In this document: one piece after another, positions 57,840 to 64,000 of the stretch
How the letters are laid out: each line of letters begins with the position of its first letter
Numbering within the stretch: the first letter of the stretch is position 1
Assembly (NCBI GenBank): GCA_963836205.1
Contig: CAWIIV010000006.1
Span: 576,001 to 640,000 of the forward strand
Origin: an uncultured Acidimicrobiia bacterium
GTDB taxonomy: Bacteria > Actinomycetota > Acidimicrobiia > Acidimicrobiales > AC-14
Reading direction: 5' to 3'
Length of the DNA stretch: 64,000 nt
Notes under the pieces: model-generated
Told to the model about the DNA's origin: nothing
The model's database searches: none
What the model saw: the letters and a program-made list of their open reading frames with translations, nothing else
Program-made: the position numbers and the translations under genes

Positions 57840-58163
57840 CTAGGAATCGAAGTGGAAAGCCAGCCAACTGGTGCCTTCGTCGACGCTCATCAGGCGATGG
57901 GGCACGTGGGCCGGGAGGACAACCCAGTCGCCGGCTGCGAGCTCGACTGTCTGGCCGTCGACGTCGAGGGTGGCGTTGCCGGCGAGGATGGCCACCCATT
58001 CGTCGCGGTCTCCGAGGTAATCCACCGGCGTGTCCACCCGGCCGCTGAGGATCTGCTCGACGACGGGCCGGCCGTCGGTCGTGTCGACGAGGAGATCGAA
58101 CCGCTCGCCGTCGGTGGGAGCGTCCGAGGGCGGCCGCAGCCGACCCCGCCGGACCTCACTCAC
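57840..58163 (-). CDS. Small cupin-domain protein
   Basis: EQILSG, DEWVAILAGNATL, L.AGDWVVLPAHVPHRL. Confidence 0.85.
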   Translation of the reverse strand: MSEVRRGRLRPPSDAPTDGERFDLLVDTTDGRPVVEQILSGRVDTPVDYLGDRDEWVAILAGNATLDVDGQTVELAAGDWVVLPAHVPHRLMSVDEGTSWLAFHFDS

Positions 58164-58171
58164 GGTGACGG

Positions 58172-58915
58172 TCAGCCCTTGTTGGCCCCGTGGGCCCGGA
58201 CGTAGTCGTTGACCTCGTAGTACGCGTCGATCGACTCGCCCGCGTCGCCCCAGAAACCGTCGAGGACGTCGTACTCGATGGCCTGCTGGTCGACGTACCA
58301 GTTGTTGACGTCGGTGATCTCCAACTCGCCCCGGCCGGAGGGGACGAGGGTGGTGATGATCTCGAACACCGACTGGTCGTAGAAGTAGATGCCGGTGACG
58401 GCGTAGTCGCTGGCGGGGGTGTCGGGCTTCTCGACGATGCGGAGGACGCGGCCGTCGAGGGCGAGCTCGGGGACGCCGAGGTGGCTGAGGTGGGCCGGGT
58501 CCTCGACCTTGGAGAGGAGGATGCGGGCGCCCTTGGGTTGGGCGCGGAAGTTGTCGACCGCCATGCGGATGGACCGGCCCACGATGTTGTCGGCCAACAT
58601 CACCACCACTTTGTCGCCGTCGACGAACCGCTCGGCGAGGGAAAGGGCCTCGGCGATGCCGCCGGCGCGCTCCTGGTAGGCGTAGGAAAGGCGCTGAATG
58701 CCCCACTCGTTGCCGTTGCCGAGGAGCCGGAGGAACTCCCCCGCGTGGGTGCCGCCGGTGACCATCATGATCTCGTCGACGCCGGCGGTGACGAGGGCCT
58801 CGATGGCGTAGGTGACCATCGGCCGGTCGTAAATCGGCAAAAGGTGCTTGTTGGTGATGCGGGTCAGGGGATGCATCCGGGTACCGGTCCCGCCCGCGAG
58901 GATCACGCCTTTCAC
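58172..58915 (-). CDS. rfbA: Glucose-1-phosphate thymidylyltransferase-like nucleotidyltransferase
   Basis: GVILAGGTGTRMHPLT..NKHLLPIYDRPM, IVEKP, AVTGIYFY, PSGRGELEITDVN, WGDAG. Confidence 0.85.
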   Translation of the reverse strand: MKGVILAGGTGTRMHPLTRITNKHLLPIYDRPMVTYAIEALVTAGVDEIMMVTGGTHAGEFLRLLGNGNEWGIQRLSYAYQERAGGIAEALSLAERFVDGDKVVVMLADNIVGRSIRMAVDNFRAQPKGARILLSKVEDPAHLSHLGVPELALDGRVLRIVEKPDTPASDYAVTGIYFYDQSVFEIITTLVPSGRGELEITDVNNWYVDQQAIEYDVLDGFWGDAGESIDAYYEVNDYVRAHGANKG

Positions 58916-58939
58916 GGAGCCGAGACGTTAGCCCGCCCG

Positions 58940-59450
58940 CCGGGCGGCCCAAGAGGCGCGGCGCGGGTGGGCGGGGGGCGAACGGGGGGCCGTCGGCGCC
59001 GTGCGCGGGGGGCCGGGCGAGCGGGGGCGCGGGGGCGTGAGGCGGGGGCGCCGTGTGCGGGGGCGTGAGGCGGGGGCGCAAGGCGGGGGCGCCGTCGGCG
59101 CCGTGCGGGGGCGTGAGGCGGGGGCGCCTTGTGCGGCGTCGTGAGGCGGGGGCGCAAGGCGGGGGCCGCGAGGGCGGCGCGGGCCGTCGTCCTCCTTCCC
59201 TCTACATCCACGAGCCGTACCACTCGGGATCACGGCCACCTCGCCGGGACCCCCTCGGCACCAAGGGTTCTCGGCCGCCCCGCCCACGGTCGCCCCGCCC
59301 ATGGTCGCCGCGCCCACGGTCGCCCCGCTCGCCCCTCCGCTCTCCCCCGCCGCTCCGCTCTCCCCGCTCGCCCGCTCGCCCGCTCCGCTCTCCCCGCTCG
59401 CCCGCTCCGCTCTCCCCGCCGCCCGGCCGCCCCGCTGACCCCGCCGCCCG
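58940..59450. repeat. Low-complexity GC repeats: G-rich block then C-rich block
   Basis: CGTGAGGCGGGGGCG four times in 59031-59155; CGCTCTCCCCGC-type units in 59330-59420. Confidence 0.8.
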
Positions 59451-59523
59451 GCCTGCAACCTCGCCGCCGGCGTGAATGGGCCCGCGACCGACCAATGCTG
59501 CTCAGAAATGCACCTCCACATTC

Positions 59524-59552
59524 TTGACAACCGAACATGTGTTCGATAGCAT
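59524..59552 (+). promoter_or_regulatory. Housekeeping-type promoter with an overlapping LexA (SOS) box
   Basis: TTGACA (59524-59529), 17 bp, TAGCAT (59547-59552); CGAAC-ATGT-GTTCG (59532-59545) matches the actinobacterial SOS box. Confidence 0.88.
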
Positions 59553-59558
59553 GAGGGT

Positions 59559-60729
59559 ATGTCGGAAGGGTCGACGGGGGGCAGGCTGGCAGAGGTTGTG
59601 ACGATGCTGCGCGAGATGGTGTCGGGCTTCGAGCCGGGTGCGCTCGACGGGCCGGCGGCGGTGGAGGCGCTGGGGCTGTTCGGCGAGGTCGAGCGGCTGG
59701 GGGCGGCGGGGGTGGCGCTGGCCGGGGGACGGGTGGAGGCGACCCGGGCCTGGCAGGGCTCGGGGACTCGTTCGGCGGCGCATTTCGTGGCGTTGCGCTG
59801 TGGTTCGTCGGTGCGCTCGGCGGTGGTGGCGCTGGAAACGGCCCGCCGGCTGGAGTCGCTGCCGGCGACGGAGGAGGCCCTGCGTTCCGGGAAGGATGTC
59901 CCTGGCCCAGGCGAAGGAGGTCGCCTCGGTCGCCGGGGAACGGCCCGAGCGCGAGGCCGAGCTGGTGGCGGCGGCGTCTTCGGCGACCTTGCCGGCGTTG
60001 CAGGAGCGGTGCCGGGCGGTGCGGGCCGAGGGAACGGCGGCTTCCGAGGGCTACCGACGAGTCCACCAGCAGCGCTTCCTGCGGCACTGGAGCGACGAGG
60101 AGGGGGCGTTTCGCCTGGAGGCCCGGCTCTGTCCCGACACCGGGGCCAAGCTGCTGGCCGCGCTGGAGGTCCACCAGCGGCGGATCTTCGCCACCGCCCG
60201 GGGCGAGGGCCGCCGAGAGCCCTACGAGGCCTACGCGGCCGACGCCCTGGTGGCGCTGGCCTGCGGGGAGGCGGAGCGAAGGGGCCCGGTGCCGGTGGTG
60301 CACGTCCGGGTCGACCACGCGGCGCTGGTCCGGGGCCACGTGGAGGAGGGTGAGGTGTGCGACATCCCGGGGCTGGGCCCCATCCCGGTGGCCACCGCCC
60401 GGGCCCTGGCCACCGACGGCGTGTTGAAGGTGCTGGTGACCAGGGGCGTCGACGTGGTGGCGGTGGCCCACGGGGGACGGACCGTCCCCGCCCACGTGCG
60501 CTCGGCGCTGGAGGCGAGAGACCCCAAGTGCGTCGTCCCCGGCTGCGACGTGGGGGAGCGCCTGGAGATCGACCACCTCGTCTCCTTCGCCGAGGGTGGT
60601 CCCACCACGCTGGAGAACCTGGCCCGGCTCTGCCACCGCCACCACGCCCTCAAGACCCACCAGGGCTGGGTCCTGGCCGGCCGCCCGGGAGCCTGGACAT
60701 GGGACCCACCACCGGAGATGCCACCGTGA
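59559..60729 (+). CDS. DUF222 / HNH endonuclease (REP13E12-like) (+1 frameshift near 59895)
   Basis: ADALVAL, GLGPIP, AL.ARD..CVVPGC, EIDHL...GGPTTLENLARLCHRHHALK; ORFs 59559 and 59638 join at about 59895. Confidence 0.88.
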
Positions 60730-60958
60730 GGTGCCGGGTGAGGGCTGGCCGGAACGCCGGTTCCATGTCCATGGCTCCAACGCGCCTCAAAGCCGGTTGA
60801 CGGTGGACGAGCCCAGGTCGAGATCGGACGGGGCGGGGTCGGGCCGGGGCGGCGTTCGGCCGGGTCGTGGGGTGCAGGGGGTCGGGTCGGACCGTGGTTG
60901 GGCCGGGCCGGGGGCGTGGTCGGGGGTGGTCGGGCCGGACGGGTGGTGCCGGGGCGGG

Positions 60959-61185
60959 GGTGGTGCCCGGTCGTGGTGGCGCCGGTCGCGGTGGTGGCCG
61001 GTTGTGGTGATGCCCGATCACGGTGGCGCCCGGTCGTGGTGATGCCCGGTCGGGATGCCGGTCGGTGGTGGCCGGTTGTGGTGGCGCCGGTCGCGGTGGT
61101 GGCCGGTTGTGGTGATGCCCGATCACGGTGGTGGCCGGTTGTGGTGGCGCCGGTCGCGGTAGTGGCCGGTCGCGGTGGTGCCGGC
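60959..61185. repeat. Minisatellite of about 15 degenerate 15-16-bp units (GGTGRYGSCCGRTYRY)
   Basis: Contiguous units GGTGGCGCCGGTCGC, GGTGGTGGCCGGTTGT and GGTGATGCCCGATCAC, with a 47-bp higher-order block repeated. Confidence 0.88.
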
Positions 61186-61297
61186 GGCGGGGCCCGCGGG
61201 GGTGCGATGGGACCGAGGGATCGCGCCGCATCTGGGCCGCGGTGGGCCGGTAGCTTGGGAATCGTGGTTGATCGTCGTCGATGGAGACGGGGTCCCG

Positions 61298-61942
61298 GTG
61301 GATGACTCGGGTGGGCGAGGATCGTGGCGGCGCGTTCTGTTTGTGGGGTTGCCGGTCGTGGTGGTCTTGGCGGGGATCGTGGGGCTCGTCGCCGCGCTCA
61401 CCGGTGGGGACGATGACGCCACAGTCCGCACCAGTCAGTCGACCGTCACCACCGCCGCGACCTCGTCCACCGATGTCCCCGGCGGGCAGCCGGCGACAAC
61501 CGTCACGACGACGGCCGGATCGGTGGCAGCACCCACGACGGTGGGCACCGCACCGGAGCAGTCGGTGACGACCACTACGCCCGCGGCGACGCCCGGTGGC
61601 GCTCGGGTGCAGGTGAAGTTCGTGGACGGGTCGGGCGTCCGGCTCCGGGACGGGCGCCTGGTGAGTGAGACCGGGCAGGACCTGAGCGCTCTCGACGGCG
61701 TGCTCGCCGACTACCCGGGTGTGACCATCGAGCGCCTGTTCCAGCGTCCCGAGGAAGACCTGGCCGCGGAGCGGGCGGCGGCCGAGGCCCGTACCGGTCT
61801 CCCCCAGCCCGACCTGAACCTCTACTACCGCCTGACGGTGGCCGAGGGGGTCGACGCCAGCGGCTTCATCGGCGAGCTCGAGGGCGTGGCGGTTGTCGAC
61901 CGGGCCTACCTCGACCCGGGCGCGGCACCACCCCCGGGGTAA
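61298..61942 (+). CDS. Membrane-anchored stand-alone subtilase propeptide-like protein
   Basis: One TM helix, Thr-rich stalk, C-terminal ~105-aa domain colinear with the prodomain of the next gene; GGAG upstream of GTG 61298. Confidence 0.82.
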   Translation: MDDSGGRGSWRRVLFVGLPVVVVLAGIVGLVAALTGGDDDATVRTSQSTVTTAATSSTDVPGGQPATTVTTTAGSVAAPTTVGTAPEQSVTTTTPAATPGGARVQVKFVDGSGVRLRDGRLVSETGQDLSALDGVLADYPGVTIERLFQRPEEDLAAERAAAEARTGLPQPDLNLYYRLTVAEGVDASGFIGELEGVAVVDRAYLDPGAAPPPG

Positions 61943-61984
61943 ACGTTGGCTTCAGAGCGGCGGGACGACCAGAGGAGCGGAAGG

Positions 61985-63919
61985 ATGCAAGGCATGCGAC
62001 TTCACCGAGGGCGCCACCTCGCCGCACTGGCACTGGCGTTGGCTTTGGCGCTGGCCACGATCACGCCCGGGATGGCGTCGAGCGCGGGCGCGGGCACGCA
62101 GACTCCGCCCGGCCCGTCACAGGCGCTCGAGCCTCGGATCGACACGGCCAAGGCCGCCCTCGCGTCCCAGCCGGTCGACCCGTCGAACCGGTCGGTCATC
62201 GTCAAGTTCCGGGAGGGGACGGGCGTTCGCCTGAATGGGGGGTCGCTGACGTCCTCCACCGATGTCTCCGGCGTGACGGCGGTCCTGGCCAAGTACCCCG
62301 GAACCACGGTGGCCCGCCTGTTCCGGCGGCCGGCGGCCGATCTGGCCCAGGAGAAGGCGCGGGTGGAGAGCCGTACCCGCCGCCAGCAGGCCGATCTCAA
62401 CCTCTACTTCCGCCTCGTGGCGCCGGAAGGGGCCGACGTCGCTGCCCTCATCGCCGACCTCAACGCTCTACCTGTGGTCGAGGCCGCCTACAGCGAGCCC
62501 AAGGCGGTGGCACCCCCCGTGACGCCCGACTTCACCGGCCAGCAGGGCTACCGGCAGACGGCGCCGGGCGGGATCGGTGCCGACCTGGTGTCCGCCCTGC
62601 CCGGGGGCAAGGGCCAGAACATCACCATCGCCGACATCGAATACAGCTGGAACGTCGACCACGAGGACCTGGCCAAGGCCCGGTTGGCCGGCGCCCTCAT
62701 CGCCAACGGCACGCCCGACGACCCGTTCGACGACAACGATCACGGCACCGCCGTCCTGGGCGAGATCGTCGGCGACGAGAACGCGTTCGGGGTAACCGGC
62801 ATCGTCAGCGCAGCCACCCTCCGGCTGGTCAACGCCAACACCACCGGCGGCTACGACCTGGCCAACGCCATCAGCCTCGCCACCGGCGCCCTCGCCGCAG
62901 GCGACGTCATCCTCATCGAGCAGCAGACCACCGGTCCCAACGGTGGGTGCGACGCGGTGAGCCAGGTCGGGTGCGCACCAGTGGAGTGGGTGCAGGCTTT
63001 CTACGACGCCATCGTGCTGGCCACCGGCGCAGGCATCATCGTGGTGGAGGCAGCCGGTAACGGCACCCAGGACCTCGACTCCGCGCCGTACAACCCCCTG
63101 AACGCCAGGACCGACTCCGGCGCCATCATGGTGGGCGCCGGTGGTGCCCCCGGATGCACCGCCCCCGCCCGGGGTCGACTCGACTTCTCCAACTTCGGCG
63201 CCCGGGTCAACCTCCAGGGCTGGGGGGAATGCGTCGTCACCACCGGATACGGCGACCTCCAGGGCGGCGCCGACCCCAACGTCTGGTACACCGACACCTT
63301 CGGCGGCACGTCCAGCGCATCCCCGATCGTGGCCGGAGCGGCCGGCGTCGTGTCGAGCATCGCCCAGCAGCGAGGCGTCACCCTCACACCCCAGCAGGTC
63401 CGCACCCTCCTGCGGGACACAGGGACGCCCCAGGAGCTCGGCATGTCCGCCCTCACCGGCAACATCGGGCCCCTCCCCAACCTCTTCCGTGCCACCCAGA
63501 GCTTCAGCTGCTCGACGCCCCCGCCGGCCACCATCACCGCGGTGGCCGGGGTGATCACCATCGGCACCCCGGGCGACGACGTCATCATGGGGACCGGCGG
63601 CGCCGACCGGATGGCGGGTATGGGCGGGAACGACACCGTCATCGGCGGAGGCGGCGACGACGAGCTCCAGGGCGGGGAGGGCAACGACACCCTGTGCGGC
63701 GGCGCCGGAAACGACCGGATCACCGGTGGCAACGGCAACGACCACCTCCAGGGCGACGGGCAGAACGACGACCTGACCGGCGGGGCCAACGACGACGTCC
63801 TCCTCGGCGGGTCCGGGGTCGACCGCCTCACCGGCGACGCCGGTACCGACCGCTGCCTGGCCGGCGGTCAGGTCGGCGACGTTTCCGCGCCCGCGCCCTT
63901 GTGCGACATCCTCGTGTGA
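61985..63919 (+). CDS. Secreted S8 subtilase with propeptide and RTX-type Ca-binding repeats
   Basis: Catalytic motifs IADIEY (D), HGTAVLG (H), EAAGN, GGTSSASP (S); GG.GND.L repeats; signal peptide. Confidence 0.93.
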   Translation: MQGMRLHRGRHLAALALALALALATITPGMASSAGAGTQTPPGPSQALEPRIDTAKAALASQPVDPSNRSVIVKFREGTGVRLNGGSLTSSTDVSGVTAVLAKYPGTTVARLFRRPAADLAQEKARVESRTRRQQADLNLYFRLVAPEGADVAALIADLNALPVVEAAYSEPKAVAPPVTPDFTGQQGYRQTAPGGIGADLVSALPGGKGQNITIADIEYSWNVDHEDLAKARLAGALIANGTPDDPFDDNDHGTAVLGEIVGDENAFGVTGIVSAATLRLVNANTTGGYDLANAISLATGALAAGDVILIEQQTTGPNGGCDAVSQVGCAPVEWVQAFYDAIVLATGAGIIVVEAAGNGTQDLDSAPYNPLNARTDSGAIMVGAGGAPGCTAPARGRLDFSNFGARVNLQGWGECVVTTGYGDLQGGADPNVWYTDTFGGTSSASPIVAGAAGVVSSIAQQRGVTLTPQQVRTLLRDTGTPQELGMSALTGNIGPLPNLFRATQSFSCSTPPPATITAVAGVITIGTPGDDVIMGTGGADRMAGMGGNDTVIGGGGDDELQGGEGNDTLCGGAGNDRITGGNGNDHLQGDGQNDDLTGGANDDVLLGGSGVDRLTGDAGTDRCLAGGQVGDVSAPAPLCDILV

Positions 63920-64000
63920 CGGCCGCCTCCCGGGTGCCCGGTGGGCGGCGCCGCTAGGCTCGGGGGATGGACCTGCCGCCCCCGGTGCAGGACCCGGAAC

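Noticed and set aside
14419-61185. CRISPR arrays at 14419, 44591, 59031 or 60959
   Set aside because: Units are contiguous or nearly so, with no unique ~30-bp spacers and no cas genes.
63967-64000. ORF start (MDLPPPVQDPE) at the window edge
   Set aside because: Too short to call.

Overview
Very GC-rich actinobacterial DNA; the gene content suggests Acidimicrobiia (inference). Most of the window is a cell-envelope glycopolymer locus: two LCP ligases, rfbB/rfbD/rfbA-like genes, a WbbL-like and several other glycosyltransferases, a Wzm/Wzt ABC exporter, a flippase, two GT-C/DUF2142-like membrane proteins and DUF2304 with a DPM-like GT2. Interspersed are F420 genes (cofD, cofE, an LLM oxidoreductase), pabB/pabC-like genes, a TetR-MFS pair and secreted repeat proteins. 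The most striking structure is at 31.6-35.5 kb. An intact IS110-family element (33036-34803, CT core at both ends) has a 3' non-coding end that folds into two loops matching its own target and donor junctions, a candidate bridge RNA. It is nested inside an inverted, transposase-dead IS110 derivative (31652-35480) that carries cargo ORFs and sits exactly in the stop codon of a TPR gene, with a matching empty-site copy preserved downstream. Other highlights: a membrane-tethered stand-alone subtilase propeptide next to its cognate S8 protease; three secreted proteins sharing a C-terminal 5-repeat GDW(D/N)G domain (candidate surface anchor); an effector-less STAND-like NTPase operon; a collapsed ugd relic; and a LexA-boxed DUF222-HNH gene flanked by minisatellites. 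Five +1 frameshifts look like sequencing errors. No rRNA, tRNA or CRISPR array was seen. All family calls are by motif recognition, without database searches.
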